Assembly (NCBI GenBank): GCA_951406725.2
Contig: OX597816.1
Span: forward strand, 40,796,001 to 40,860,000
Reading direction: 5' to 3'
Source: Octopus vulgaris
Lineage: Eukaryota
Length of the DNA stretch: 64,000 nt
Position 1 is the stretch's first letter. The number at the start of each line of letters is the position of its first letter. Shown piece after piece: positions 15,088-30,886 of this stretch. Below the pieces are notes generated by a model. That model had not been told where the DNA came from. It made no database searches and saw only the letters and a program-made list of their open reading frames with translations. The position numbers and the translations under genes are program-made.

Positions 15088-15419
15088 GATTAAATAATTA
15101 AATTTAGAAAAATTAGAAGAAAAGTTTTTTTAAAAGAATATTTCTGTAGTAGTGTTCAGATATAAGTAGCATTCTGCCTTTCTCTGACTCCCTTGTTTGC
15201 ACTTGTGTGTTCGAGGTCGTTTTGAGTTCTTGGTAGGGTAGGTGAAGAATAAGGAGGCTGATGTGGAGAGGGGGTGGGGGAAATCTGGGAATGCCTTAAT
15301 GGTCGTATTTTGAATGGTCAGTGGCTGACAGTAGTCGCAGTTCAATTCAGGAATTGTTTATGGAATTTGCGTAGGCGTTATACTGAAAGACATTAGTGAC
15401 AAGGTTAAGGGGTGGAAGG

Positions 15420-15612
15420 TGTAGAAGTAGAAGAAGAAGAAGATGACGATGTTGTTGATGATGATGATGATGATGAAGAAGAAGAAGAAGAAGAAGAAGA
15501 AGAAGAAGGAGAAGGAGAAGATGGTGGTGATGATGGTGGTGATGATGATGACGACGATGATGATGATAATGATGATGATGAAGAAGAAGAAGAAGAAGAA
15601 GAAGAAAAAAAA
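15420..15612. repeat. (GAA)n/(GAT)n array inside the PLE 3' UTR
   Basis: Directly visible; counterpart at 42265-42500. Confidence 0.9.
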
Positions 15613-15733
15613 CAGAGGAGGGAGAATATGAATGGGTGGAAGTATAGCTGTGATGGGGCTGATTAGTAATGGATTCTATGGAGTGTAATATTTATGTGTG
15701 TATATATTTCTTTTATTCTAAAGTTGAGGTATA

Positions 15734-17653
15734 TTAATTGTTTGTCGTAGACCCGTTAAGAAGTGGCTTGTATTTTGTAATAAAGAGATTTTCTTTACTT
15801 ATTCGTTGTCTCGAGGTTGTATCGTCCCTAAATTGGTAGAGGGGGAAAATCCTGAAGTTTGGTGTTTTTTTGTTGGCGCAAGTATCTATGTGTTGGCTAA
15901 AAGCTATTTTTCTGTTTTGGGGAATTTTTATCTGGGATCTGTGCAGGGCCATTCGTTTACGCAAACCATTTTTTGTTTGGCCTATGTACTGCTCTTGACA
16001 CCCGGAGCAGGTTAGTGATTATATTAGGTTCTCCGAAGCACATGTGAAGTTGCTTTTCACTGTAAACCGTTGTCCCTGTTTGAAGGAGAACTCTGATCCC
16101 TCAATTAGATAGTCGCATATCCCGCAATTGGGTCTTCCACATTTTTTTACTGTCGGCTTCTGTGTTGAAGAGTGAATTCGGGCTTGTGTTAGGAGACTTT
16201 TCATGGATCTAGGCTGTCTTTTGCTTTTTATGATCGTGTGTGTTTGGAGGATTGTGTTCATTCTGTGGTCTTTTTTAGGAGGGGTATGTTGTGGAGGATG
16301 GTGCCGAAGGCTTCGTTATTGAGAGGGTTGTGTGTGGAGATGTATGGTAAGGCTTTTGGTTGTAAGTTTTTCTTTGATTTGGGATGTCTCAGTTCCTTGA
16401 TGTTAAGTTGAAGGGCACGTTGAATGCACTTGTCAATAAGTGAAGGTGGATAGTTCCTGGTGATAAGGGTATCTTTTAGTTCTTGTAGTCGTGTGTCTCT
16501 GGTGTTTGCGTTAGAGACTATAGTGCATATCCTTTTTGCTAGATTGAAGGGGATATTCATCCTGGTGTGTTTGGGGTGGCATGAATTGAATGGAAGATAT
16601 TGCTTAGAGTCTGTAGGCTTATAGTATATGTCTGTTTCTATTATATTATTAGCTTTCTTAATGAGGATATCGAGGAAGGGGAGTTGTTGCTGGCTATATT
16701 CCATCGTGAATTGGATGTTTACGTCCAGTCCGTTTAAAATTTCCTGGAATTCTATGAGTTTTTCTATATTTTTATGCCAAAGGATGAAACAGTCATCTAG
16801 ATATCTCTTCCAGTTGTTTTCTATGTAGATGGAGAAAGGGCTGCCATATCTTTCTAGAACCTTACGATACAGACTGATCTCTAGGTATCCTATGACTAGG
16901 TTGGCAAAGGAGGGGGCCATTCGTGTACCCATCGCAGTCCCCGATTTTTGTCGGTAGAAGTTGTCATTGAAGGCGAAGAAGTTATTTTCCAGGATGAATT
17001 TAACCCCTTCTATCACAAATTCTTTTTTGATGCGGTGTGGTAGTTCGTTGGCGTGATTCTCTAGCCAGAATTGGATTGCCTCTAGTCCTAGGTTGTGGGG
17101 GATATTGGAGTAGAGGTTGACTACATCGAAGGATACCAGTATGGTGTTTTTGTTTATAGTATTCGGTAGGTGATTGAGCATATCTAAGTCGTCCCTTATA
17201 TAGCTTTTGACATGTTTGAGGAGTGGTTTTAACAGGGTGTCTAAAACGTTACTGAGGCGGTGGGTTTCGCATGCGGGACCTGCTATTATGGGTCTCAATT
17301 TGAGGTCATTAGGATTATGGACTTTAATTATTTTGTCTGTAGCTATCTTGCATGCGTTGCTTATTTTTTCACTTTTGTGGATCTTAGGTATACCGTAGAA
17401 TTGGCTAGTTTTACTTGTGAAATTGGTCATATAATCATATTCTTTGTCGGTGAGCCCTGCTTTGTATGGGTTTAATATGGATTTTAGTTCCCTCATTATT
17501 TTTTGTTGACTGTAGTTTGTGCCTTTTCATAGTATGTTGTGTCTTCCAGCATAGAAAGTACCAAAGTTATGTAAAATGTCGTATCCATTAAGACAACAGC
17601 ACTCCCTTTATCGGCCTCTTTGATTGTTATTGTTTTATCTTGTTTTAATTTGT
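15734..17653 (-). pseudogene. PLE RT-GIY-YIG polyprotein, disrupted
   Basis: Relative to copy 2: 1-nt losses in A-runs near 17517 and 16275, and TAC to TAA at 16019-16021. Confidence 0.9.
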
Positions 17654-19759
17654 ATATATATATATATATATACTTTATTTAAAAGCAGCAGAAATATAAC
17701 AAAAGCTGTTAGCGCTGTGTTTAATGTGATGTAATGATTGCATCGTTCAATTAAATGGAGCCGCTTGAAACGGTCGTACTGCAACAGGCACACACAGAGT
17801 TACATACACGCACACACATACAGACACACACATATATATATATCTATATATCTATATATATGTGCATTTGCGTATAAATTCGTATGTTTGTATGTATGTG
17901 ACATCATGTTCGTACTCATTTCGAGGGATTCGTGGAACATCCACCTTGGCGATATTTAAATCTTTATTTAATCCTCTCTTCTCACTTCTCCCAGATTTTT
18001 TTCCCTGGAAGCAAATGTTTAATTTCTTGAAGAAACACAAGTTTTTCATGAGGGATTCGAACTACCCATCAATAAAAATACGTCTGAAATAGGTGTAGTG
18101 ATCTTTAACACATCTCTGTTCCTCACAAGCATACACATACACCCACACAGAAACACACATATACACACACGCACGCGCATGTGCATATATATATATATAT
18201 ATTCCAATTCTTTCTGCAAAATCACATCCTCCTGTATTAAAATAAAGGGTGTATTTAAGAATGCGTTTCGTAATAAATAGAATTTAAAATACTATAAGTT
18301 ATGAATGCAAGTTTTGGATTACCACAAGCCTTTACGCCGTCAAAATTTGAATGTAACATAGATAGGAGCAACGGAAATTATATCCGAATATTTGATTGCT
18401 ATATAACTACCTCCTAAATACCACCTGAGGCTGTAACATTATTTTTTTTAAAGCAGTTCGATTAGCATGACTAATAAAGCAGCAAAAGCTTTACATTGAC
18501 TTTCCATTTATGTGTTTCATAAATTTAAACTGTACTGTTTAAGATATGTTTGTAGTAAATATCTAATCTGTAGTTCTGAATAAAGCAGGAACCCATCTCT
18601 AAATGTACGTGCTTTCCCCAATAAGATAAATGGATATTATGCATATAAAAACCATTTATCTACTCGTGACACTTTTGATGGTATCACATTTACTCCATAC
18701 ATCCAAATGCTTGACAATAATACACTTACGAGGGTTAAGAACTTTCGGTTAAGATATTCTAAAAATAGTGCAAGTGGCTAACGTATAAACCTGAGTGGAC
18801 ATATTCTCGGACCTATAATGTGGATTTTCTTATTCTTGATTCATAAAGTCATAATGGCTTATGTTACGTGTATTTAGTTTAACATCAGTTAAACAACAGT
18901 TAAATTATAGCCCAGGCAAAATTGACGAAAATTATATCGAATCTCAATCTAGGAATGATCGCGAACAAGAATGATTAAATAGGAGAACGTGAGTTTGGTG
19001 TTATATTGTTGAAAATAGTGCATTTCGCCATTCCACGATGGAAATTTTTGATTATTATACTAGGAGATGAGATTGATGGATTCGGCTAATTGTGAATTTC
19101 ATTAGCATATCAAAAATACAAAATAATACAAGGAATATATACATATATAAACTTTATTAACTTAAAATATTCCGTACAAAAATTGGACTTATTGATATTG
19201 TTAGCGATAATTTCGAATACACGGAAAGGGGAGAAGAGTGAAGAAGAGAAAATGGCGCTAAGTATAAATTAAAATTAGGATTTACACTTTGATGTAAACA
19301 TTATCTATCGATACACAAATTCGCTAACTGCCAATTAAACGTCGATGCATTGTTGGCTGAAAACAATCGGATGATGAAACCTTAGAAAATGTTCACTGCA
19401 GATTCCAATGCATTACAATTAATACATTACAAGAAGTAAATTTGAAAAGAAAGTTAGGAGGAACATTTCAAAACAAATTAACGTAATCTACATTGCATTA
19501 ACGTAATCTACATTAAATTTCGCTTGATACAGAACAATAAGCATGTTGATGATGTTCTTTTAAAAATAAGTAAATATATAATAAATATTTTCATCGTGGG
19601 ACTTCAACCTCACATGCATTAAGTTAATTCACAATGAACGTAATGAGAATTTGAACGACTGCAAATTTGAAGGCACCGGGAAAATCGTAGGATGTCAGAG
19701 CTATGGTTTTATTAAAGAAAATGGAGATGGAAGGGAAGAAAGAGAAGGAGAAAAGTAAG

Positions 19760-19968
19760 AATTAGCAGCAGCAGTAATAGTAGTGGGGGTAGTAGTAGTA
19801 GTAGTAGTAGTAGCAGCAGCAGCAGCAGCAGCAGCAGTATTAGTAGTAGAAAAAGATAATGAAGAATGTAAAGAAGATGGGGAGGAGAAGGAGAAGAAGA
19901 AATGAAGAAGAAAATGAAGAAGAAGAAGAAAAAGAAGAAGAAGAAGAAGAAGAAGAAGAAGAAGAAGA
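19760..19968. repeat. Compound (GTA)n/(GCA)n/(GAA)n microsatellite
   Basis: Directly visible. Confidence 0.85.
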
Positions 19969-20601
19969 ATTATACAATTCTCCAAATATTTATTCCAAGT
20001 GCGTTTGCAATATTTTAAGTTCTAATTATTACTTATTACTATAATGCTGAAAGTAGGATCACGAATCCTATAATAGGAACCATTTCGTTATTGATCTTAT
20101 ACAGAATGAATGTATTCATACAAACGAACAACGATGTATTACATCTCCAAACAAATATAAACTAGCTAGTCATTTCAATTTTACTTTCATTCAAAGTTTG
20201 TGCGCAACAAAAGAAAGAGGTGTTATTCATCGAAGATATTGAAATAAATATACCCCAAGGAAATTTCATTAAATACTGAAGATTCAGAAAATTTAAAGTA
20301 TTATACATATTCAGAATGCTCAAAATACTCAATCATTTTGATTCGAAAATAAGTCTCTTTAATTTCATTAGAAACATGACACATAAATATATCAAGAAAT
20401 GTTCTAATTATTGGGTATATTCCAGCTTTTATTATTCGTTTTTCGTTCAATCAGAAACATGACTATCAAAAATAAATAGAAATCTGACAATCTATATATG
20501 CACTTACAAACGTATGTATACATTCACACATACACGCGCATATATGTATGGATATGTATGAATGTATGTATGTATATATCTATCTGTATACATATACATA
20601 T

Positions 20602-20634
<33 letters not shown>

Positions 20635-20637
<3 letters not shown>

Positions 20638-21674
20638 GAAGTCATCCCATAAATAATGCAGTTTTTTCAACTGCGTAAAATAAAAGTGGGTTGGGACAGG
20701 ATAAACTACATCTATCAACTTGCTATAAAAGCAGGTATTAATTTTGCCTTCTACTTATTTTCAGTGCAGTTTTGAAGAGTGCAGTTCGATTTTAACAGAT
20801 ACTTTTTCAAAGCTACAAGTGACAAAAGACCATATTCGGCATATTTTGCTTTACGAGTTCAATAAACGTAACAGCGCAAACGAAAGTGCTAGTAATATTA
20901 ATTCAGCACATGGGGATCGGACAATAAGCGTAAGCCAGTGTCAACGATGATTCCAGAAATTCCAAGCCGGAAACTACAGCCTAGAAGACAAGCCTCGTCC
21001 TAGAAGATTGGTAGTTTGACGAGGACGTCCCGCAAATCCTGGTGGAAAAAAAATCCAAACTTAACTGTTAAAGAACTAGCAGAGAAGCTTGGATTTGGTC
21101 ATTTAACCATTCACAACACCTGCGTGCCATTGGAAAAGTCAGCGAATTAGGTCAATGAGTTCCTCACAAACTTTCTGAAACTAATCGCACGTAGAGAGTG
21201 AATGTGTGCTATTCTTTGTGTCAAGTCTCACGAATGAACGTCTTTAGCCCGAATAGTGACTAGTGATGAGAAATGGGTTCTCTATAAAAATGTCAAGTAC
21301 CGAAGACGGTGGGTAGGGAAAGGAGAAACACCGGCACTCCAGGCTGAAGAGGGTCGTCACCAACGTAAAGTGTTGTCATCTGTTTGGTGGGATATGGGAT
21401 ATGAAAGGTTTTGTCCACGTTCAACTTTTATATCCTGCCACAGGTTGGTATAGATAAATTATGTGGCGGAAGTTTAATCAATGTGTTAACACGACGGACT
21501 TCGTGAGAATACCAAAACGCTCTCTCTGGCCACTACCGACACTACTCTTTATAAGAGTTCGGCTAATCCAATCTGCCAATGTCCCAGGGGGAATAAAAAA
21601 GAATTTTGTTTCTCTTAATTTTGAAAAATAATTGACGTATAAAAAAACCGCATTATTTATGGGATGACCCAATA
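20635..21674 (+). mobile_element. Defective mariner-family DNA transposon
   Basis: TIRs GTCATCCCATAAATAATGCAGTTTTTT (20641) and AAAAAACCGCATTATTTATGGGATGAC (21642-21668), TA flanks. Transposase remnants HIRHILLYEF, *VPHKL (WVPHEL-like), TSDEKWVLY and VWWD; the C-terminal YSPDL part is missing. Confidence 0.9.
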
Positions 21675-22771
21675 TACATGTTTGCATTCACAAACATATA
21701 TAGATCATATAATAATAGACACATCTACGTGCACGCGCGTGAGTGTATGTGTAGCTGATCTGAGGTTTTAATTAAGCATATGAAACATTGTCAAATATTC
21801 GTGAGCATGTGAAATTTTCTGTAGAAAACTGAATAACTCTAGAAATATGTATACAATACAAAATGTGGCATCAACCATGTTGTGACATACTCAGACGTAC
21901 ATACACACACATACATGTATACACACATGTATATAAACATCCATACACGTACGCACACACTCACGCCAAATTCATCAGATTATGTTACGTATTACTACAA
22001 ATTACAAAATATCTGTTACCTAAATTAACATTTGTCGAACTAATTCGTCACAGTTTTCACACAGTTTTATAGCTATCAATTCGGGTCGTCGTATGGATAA
22101 TTCTCAGATCGAGATTTAACTTAAATATGTTACATGAGGTAACCATTATGCAATAAGGGACTGTAACAATTTGTCTCTATAACTATTTATATACTTTCAG
22201 ATTATTACATGTGACATGTCTCTCTACATATTAAGTCTATGTTTATTTTCAACAATTATTTGCGTCCTGAATTATCATAAGTGATTGACTGTCATTGCTA
22301 TTGTATCTGTAGAAATTATTCTACGAGATTGTGAGAAAACAATTCATACGTATTTTAGTAATGATAAAATATCATAGAAAATTACGTCTAGTGTGCAGTT
22401 TTGTCATGCTTTATTCTCATTTATATCGATCAAACATATAAGAGCATATATCCAACCAATATATGACTTCTGCTCTTAACGTAATAGTTAACATTGCTTT
22501 GATGATCACCAGTGTCTAAATTGATTCAACAAATATACGATTTCTGTAGCATTCGTTTGATTATATAAAGGAGAATACTTGCATTCAAGATTGTTGCGAA
22601 GGAACTTAAATTCATTAAGTTGATATAAGTAATGTAGTTGGAAATTCTCGCAATGACGATAACATTGACGCTGGAGAGACTTCAACAAGAACAATAAAAC
22701 AAATAATGGAAGTAACAAGAGCAACAACAACAAAAACAGAAATATATTACTAATCTAGATAAACTAATAAC

Positions 22772-22846
<75 letters not shown>

Positions 22847-22870
22847 AATGTACGTACAAACATGGATTTA

Positions 22871-22888
22871 TCTCTTATATAAAATCCG

Positions 22889-22933
<45 letters not shown>

Positions 22934-23443
22934 TTCTCTGATCTCGGGCATCCTCCATCCGATTACGCTCAAATTCGATATGTAGATACCGACGGTATGT
23001 GGGAGTGTATAAGTCTGGAAAAAAATTACAAAAATCGATTCCAGGTGAGAATGCGATCGATAAAGCCGTTTTTGTCCTACTTTTCTTCCGTCAACCTGTA
23101 CATAACTGCACCTTCCATTTATTTGTTGTTTTTGTACTGCTTAAAGGCACGTTTCTGTCCTGCCAAGCTTACTCTTTAAACCATGTTTGTGTTCTCCCAG
23201 TCAACAGCCTTATCACTACTGGTACTTTAAACTCTTCGGTTGCATATTTGTGTGAACAAAATCGTTTATGTTTGGAATAGAAAAAAGTCTATTTTTATTT
23301 CTTCTTTGGCTGGTGTCTCGAATTTAGGTTAAATCAGTGTTTCTCAAAGGAATATGGGACGGTCGGCCAAGTTGTTTTGAGAAAATTTGGTTTAAATGTT
23401 TGACACCTCAGCACCGTCCATTGGACGGGGCGCGTTTTGCTCG
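22871..23443 (+). mobile_element. Non-autonomous Helitron-like element
   Basis: 5' A|TCTCTTATATAAAA followed by (GT)n; 3' hairpin CCGTCCA-T-TGGACGG about 11 nt before CTCG|T (one mismatch to CTAG). Confidence 0.65.
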
Positions 23444-23657
23444 TATGTATATATAGAGACAAAAAGACAAATACCTAGGGAGATAGCTGGATAGCAGGCA
23501 AGATAAATGGATATATAGAAATATAGATAGGTACATAGAAAAATATTTGTGCGTGTCAACACGTGAGGGTGTCGACCAAGTACTAATATTGTTCAACCAG
23601 TTTTCACTCATAAGTGTTATTCAAAGCAAAAGTAGAAAGTACATTCCTTTTAAGCAG

Positions 23658-23880
23658 TACACATAAATCTCTCAACTATCGCGGGTCTTACGTTCCAAAT
23701 CCTTCTGTAATTGGTGAAAATCCGCGAAGTAGAAACAATACAGTACTGAATATTTTATTATTTTTATAATTTGTATGTATTTATTTTGTCATAAAAGCAA
23801 AACAGCACCACGGAAGAATCGATGTCAGCCTAAATAATAACAGCGATAGGCGAACCGCGATATGGAGTGGTGTTACTGTA
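23658..23880. mobile_element. Degenerate pogo/Tigger-like MITE
   Basis: Right end CCGCGATATGGAGTGGTGTTACTG|TA with an eroded left inverse (CTCTCAACTATCGCGG). Confidence 0.45.
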
Positions 23881-24363
23881 GACCAATGGAGACTGACGGA
23901 TAGATACAGAAATGATAATAGGATTTGAGAGCAGACACAGAAATGAGAACAAATACAGATGTGAAAATCTTGTAAGTGAAAAGATAAATAGGTAGATATA
24001 TTGGTGGATGAAGAACGAATGTAACTCATTGGAAGGCAAAGAGTGTTTTCTTTTTAAAGCTTTCGTGAAAAGTTAGAATTTATACACAATAATTTAACTA
24101 GGGTGTTTTTGACAGGTAGCTGCAGTAACAGAAATCGGATAAGTATATAGAGACATAGAAGTTATTATATTGTAATATCTCAAAATCATAGTGGAATATC
24201 ACATATGATCCCATGATGTTAGTATGTGCAGCACAACATTTAGAATAAAATAAAATATGGAAGGAAAGACAGTAATGAATTATTTATGACTAAGCCTAAC
24301 CCGAACTGTTACTTACGTTGCTGTAGCAAACACGTTGTAAACGTATATTTTGAAAATGTATAC

Positions 24364-24417
<54 letters not shown>

Positions 24418-24446
24418 GTTTATACATATATATATGTCGAATATTC

Positions 24447-24485
<39 letters not shown>

Positions 24486-24606
24486 TCTATATAAGATTCC
24501 CCAACGATTACTTTCTATAGTATATTTGGATATATTTATAGCCATACATAGGCGAGTATACATCTGAGCCTGCAGCGATCAGTCAACGTACATACATACA
24601 TACATA

Positions 24607-24702
<96 letters not shown>

Positions 24703-25185
24703 CATATGAGTTTTCCAACAGTGAAAGATAATAAATTACCGAAATTGGATGACATTTAAAATGTAATAAAAAAATAGTTTGCTTTTAAAATTATCCACTT
24801 GAGAACAAACTGTAATAGTCAGATGAGGAATTTGCATGTGTTTGACACTTATTGCGCTCCGCATTAACCGATGATATAGGACTTGAATCCAATATGTATA
24901 TTTCATTTACTTTTTTCTGATATTATATATGTACATATATGTAAATTTCATACAAGCATAAATACGTACATTACACACATACACACACGCACATACACAT
25001 ATATGTATATGCACACATTTCTTATATTACGATTATATATCCACATAACTATATATATGTATATATATACATTAATATGTATGGATATATATATACATAT
25101 ATATCTTTATATAAACACACACATATATATATATTTATATACATATATACACATACATATATATGTATTTATATATATATATGTA

Positions 25186-25232
<47 letters not shown>

Positions 25233-25403
25233 TCATACATGCATACGAGGGTCGTTTGTATCATTTAATATTTAAATTTTTTATACGTTTAGTGTGAAAC
25301 AGACACAATTCATAAGCTTGCTGGAAGACTGCATGATCACGTGTTCTCTGAGGGTTGAATCATACCACACACACTCACACGCAAATAAATGCATATACAC
25401 ATC

Positions 25404-25530
<127 letters not shown>

Positions 25531-25826
25531 TAGATATATATACATACACATCACATATATGTACACATCATATATACATATATAAATATATTGAAAAAAA
25601 GATCTGACACATGAACATTTAGACACATCATACAGTTTCATATCAATGCAGATGTGATGAGCGAAATTAATTAATTGAACGCTCTAATCAATCAACTTAC
25701 TTGCTACTCTGCCTGGCGTGAGGTGAAGGGCTTCTGCCCTTGAGATTTTTTGGGTGTTCGCGATTGTATCAGTTATCTAATGTGAGTGAAACTATTTATA
25801 TATTCCTATATATTTAACTGGCCTCA

Positions 25827-25880
<54 letters not shown>

Positions 25881-26478
25881 ACAAACGTACTCATATATAT
25901 ATGTATATATATATATACACACATATAACCATTGGTACGTTTGCATTTTTCGCTCCCTATAAAAACTCGGTTGAGTACAAAGTCAACTGTACTTTCAGAT
26001 TGAGATGTATAATAACGAAAGATATCAACGTATCATTTAGACGAAGCTTTTGTTCAAAGGATGAAATCCGTTCCTGGTTTCTAATATATTCCTTGAAGGA
26101 TAAAACAGCAGAAAAGAGTATAGTTCTTGAAAATGTTTTCTCAATGATAATGTCCGAACGCCGGACTTTTTTGCCTTCTAGACGAGATGTGTAGCTAAAT
26201 GTAAGGTTGTTTACTTATACGAACTTGAATAACCTAGCCAAAGTTGCTTTCTTTTACATTTTGCACTTCTTAACTTCACCTCCCGTTGAACTCATAGATT
26301 TGTGAAACTTGAGATAAAATCGAATCTTTTGGATGTACATCTGTGCTGCTGTCCGTTTCTGTACTCTAACTAATTAATTATTGGATTAATGTCTCACTAT
26401 TACTCTTTTCACTCTCTCATGTTATAAAACAGTCGAATCTAAAAATTTTCTGCATTTCACTCCGTGTCTCTCACACAC

Positions 26479-26619
<141 letters not shown>

Positions 26620-27529
26620 GGAATACAGCCGAAGAAAGATTATAGATATACATATGTTCAAACATGCATATACAGATAGTTCTCTGTTTCTTATAATTTC
26701 ATATATTCAATGATATAGTTCTATGCAATTAATATAATCTCTCCTTTACTCTCCCCTTCTTTGTCCATGCGTGGGTATACCGATTAATAGATATATACAG
26801 GTTTATCTGTCCCTTTATCCCTTTATATCAGCAGCTACCAGTCTCTATTTTTCTATCTATCTCTCTCTCTCTCTACATATATACAAGATGAAGCGGCCAA
26901 CAAGGGGCACTAAGGACACATGGACCACATCCCAGAGCGAAAGAAATACGTGCTCAGCCCGCTGTGCTCTCATCAGACCTCACATTAACGTCCGTCATGG
27001 TATCTTTGAAAGCAAACCCAAACAAGGTGACAGCAATGAAGACACTAACATGAGTGAGAGACAATTCCAGTGATTCTAGAGGCCTCCATCGAACGAAGAT
27101 AAAACCGTGAGTGTGGGACCTCCTTGGGAAGGAAACACCACCACGAATGTAATAACCCTACAACCACCATTGTGAAAAACTGAGAAGACGAAAGGGTTAG
27201 AAAAGGAAATCGAAATGAAGAAAAACGGAAAGTAAAAATCTCTGACAACAAACAGGAATAAAAAGATTATGACGACCCAAATACAGAAGAAAAAATGTAA
27301 AATAAAAAAACAGCTCCCAAAAAGAACAATCCAGTAGAGAAATAAGTTCGTTTGCCCATACGCAAAGGTTCCAATAGTAAAAATGAAAACAAAGATTGAA
27401 ATCAAAAATGCCCAGGACAACAAAAAAGAAAATGAAAGAGAGAGCACACACATGTATGCAAGGCTTACCTTGACGGTAACTACTTGAATGGAGACGTTGT
27501 GGGAAACTGCCGTTTCAGGCACACATAAC

Positions 27530-27688
27530 CGTGGCAGAGACCGGCAAAATTATTAGCTTCAGTTTGTCAGTCTTCACATTCTGAATTTTAATTCCGGCGA
27601 AGTTGACTTTGCCTTCTATCCTTTCGGGGTCGATGATCTAAGTTAATTTCCCTTCTCCCGCCAAATTCTGGACCTTATAAGAGAAAGG
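27530..27688 (+). mobile_element. Degenerate SINE family C
   Basis: GTTGACTTTGCCTTCTATCCTTTCGGGGTCGAT core, opposite in orientation to the neighbouring young copy. Confidence 0.65.
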
Positions 27689-27707
27689 TATAGTAAATGT
27701 AAACATA

Positions 27708-27944
27708 CCTATTTCTTTATCACCCACAAAGGGGCTAAACACAGAGGGGACAAACAAGGACAGACATAGGTATTAAGTCGATTACATCGACCCCAGTGCG
27801 TAACTGGTACTTAATTTATCGACACCGAAAGGATGAAAGGCAAAGTCGACCTCGGCGGAATTTGAACTCACAACGTAACGCAGACGAAATACCGCTAAGC
27901 ATTTCGCCCGGCGTGCTAACGTTTCTGCCAGCTCGCCGCCTTCA
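27708..27944 (-). mobile_element. Young tRNA-type SINE family C with 19-bp TSD
   Basis: Minus strand GGCGGCGAGCTGGCAGAAACGTTAG ... GAGTTCAAATTCC (B box) ... GTCGACTTTGCCTTTCATCCTTTCGG. TATAGTAAATGTAAACATA is duplicated at 27689-27707 and 27945-27963. Confidence 0.9.
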
Positions 27945-28817
27945 TATAGTAAATGTAAACATAACACTAGCTTACTAACTAACTAACTAACTCATTATCT
28001 AACTAAAAAAACCCATCGAACTCACAAGCTTGTTAACTAACAGGCTAATCAACAATATGTGTATATGTTTCTGTGAGCGTGTGTAAGCCTCCCGTGTTGT
28101 TGATTCAACTAAGTTTCAACTAAATAAAGGAAATATTCTTCAAAATATATTTTTAACGTTCAGATTAGTCTCACTGATGTTCCAATATTTATGCCAGGTA
28201 TTTCGTATAGTATTCTTTTGCTTACACCAATTTTATACTGATTTCATTAATTACTATGCATTCGTTTTAATATTACTTTTAATATTACTTTTAATATTAC
28301 TGTTCACATATTACTTTTCTTCTTATAAAATTCCCGTTTCGTTAAATCTTTTGTGTAAGATGACAAATGTATGAAACGTGTTTCATTTTGTGCCTATATG
28401 ATACGCACTTGCAACGTAATTGTGGATGAAGACGAATGTTTAAAATAGAAAATAAATTAATTTAAAACCCAAGTTTAGCGATATATAAGTCTGTCAAAAT
28501 GAATCTTAATTGCTGCATCACGTTATTTTCTATAATAATTTCTAAAGACGAGTATACAGAATGAAATCAGCATAATAAACAATTTCAAATATATACACAG
28601 GTAAAAATTTATGAAGTTGGTCTAGCTATCGAAAAATGGCCATTCTAAGTAAATCAAATACCACTAGTTTTCAGAGGTTTACAGTAAGGCAAGAATGTTT
28701 ATTATATATATATATATTCAATTAGAAGACATTTGAAAACACCCACAAAAAAAATATATACCGAATTTTCAGGCCTTTTGCCTATACTAGAAAGGATCAT
28801 CATCATCATCATCATCG

Positions 28818-28852
<35 letters not shown>

Positions 28853-28909
28853 GTCGTCGTTGTCATTGTTGTTGTTGTTGTTGTTGTTGTCGTCGTCGTC
28901 GTTATTATT

Positions 28910-29752
<843 letters not shown>

Positions 29753-30530
29753 CATACAAAATAGTGAACACGTACACGACACGCACGTATATATATATTA
29801 CATTATAATATATTATATAGTTCTTTTTCCTCGGTGCTTGTTTGTTAATTATAGCGACACGACAATGCTTCTTAATCAATGATGTTTATGAATCGAGTTT
29901 GACAAACTAGTGAAACGGCCATTTCTATAGCTCCCAGCGAGTTATTTCCGCTATAAGAAGCCATAGAGGCGTCAGTATATACTTTCTTTGAATATTTATC
30001 TAATACATTTAAATATTAATAATTAACATAAACAGTATTTCGTAATAAGTTTTGACACTTGCGTTAGTTTTCTCTCTTGCAGTTTTTCGATCTCACCAGG
30101 CTTTCTTTGACCTCTCTCTTTCTGTGTATATATGCACGTATACGTATTGCCATATATCCGCCTCTCTCTCTCTGTATGTATGTATGGATGTATGTATGTC
30201 TGTATGTCTGTATGTATGTATGTATGTATGGATGTATGTATGTCTGTATGTCTGTATGTATGTATGTATTATGTATGTATGGATGGATGTATGTATGTCT
30301 GTATGTCTGTCTGTCTGTCTGTATGTATGTATATATATATATATGTATATATAAATACACACGTAAACATATGCGCATACACAAGCACTTTCTCACTCTC
30401 TCTCACACACACAGACACACTCTCACACATGTAGTACACTTCTGCTAAGTAGCAACATATTTATATATAATTGCTATTATTGTATGTGAGCACGTAGAAA
30501 GAATGTATATAAAGCTGCATCTATTTGTGC

Positions 30531-30583
<53 letters not shown>

Positions 30584-30588
<5 letters not shown>

Positions 30589-30791
30589 GTAAATTAATAT
30601 GTTGCCATTATTCAATAGCCAAGATAAAAGTCTGAGTTTCGTATGCTGTTGTGGATTTCCACTTCGGCATCCGAAACTCAGAGTTTTATCTTGGCTATGG
30701 AATAATGGTAACGTATTAATTTACAGATAAATTTCCTCTATTTACATAATATTGAGGTCTCTTTCTTTTTTTTGTTATCTTACAGTTTTTA

Positions 30792-30797
<6 letters not shown>
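30584..30797. mobile_element. Short PLE-like 3' end with fold-back palindrome (30584-30729) in (TA)n
   Basis: The arms are reverse complements. The right half matches 37011-37087 and the tail matches 36815-36868 inverted. Confidence 0.7.

Positions 30798-30880
<83 letters not shown>

Positions 30881-30886
<6 letters not shown>

Larger units (their letters stand above)
14991..17653 (-). mobile_element. Neptune-type Penelope-like element, copy 1 (5'-truncated)
   Basis: RT ORF 16258-17496 (LRPII, FDVVNLY, GTAMG, RYLDD), Cys linker CGRPNCGIC and GIY-YIG pieces 15734-16261. 3' UTR carries a GAA/GAT array and a hammerhead. Both ends abut TA repeats. Confidence 0.95.

Noticed and set aside
15412-15666. 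Acidic D/E-rich ORF (also 42243-42527)
   Set aside because: Antisense reading of the trinucleotide array in the PLE 3' UTR.
26930-26990. CTGATGA on the minus strand as a hammerhead
   Set aside because: No GAAA after the candidate stem II and no stems I or III.
27076-27522. 148-aa hydrophobic ORF as a membrane protein
   Set aside because: Reverse reading of an A-rich tract; Phe/Leu bias without family motifs.
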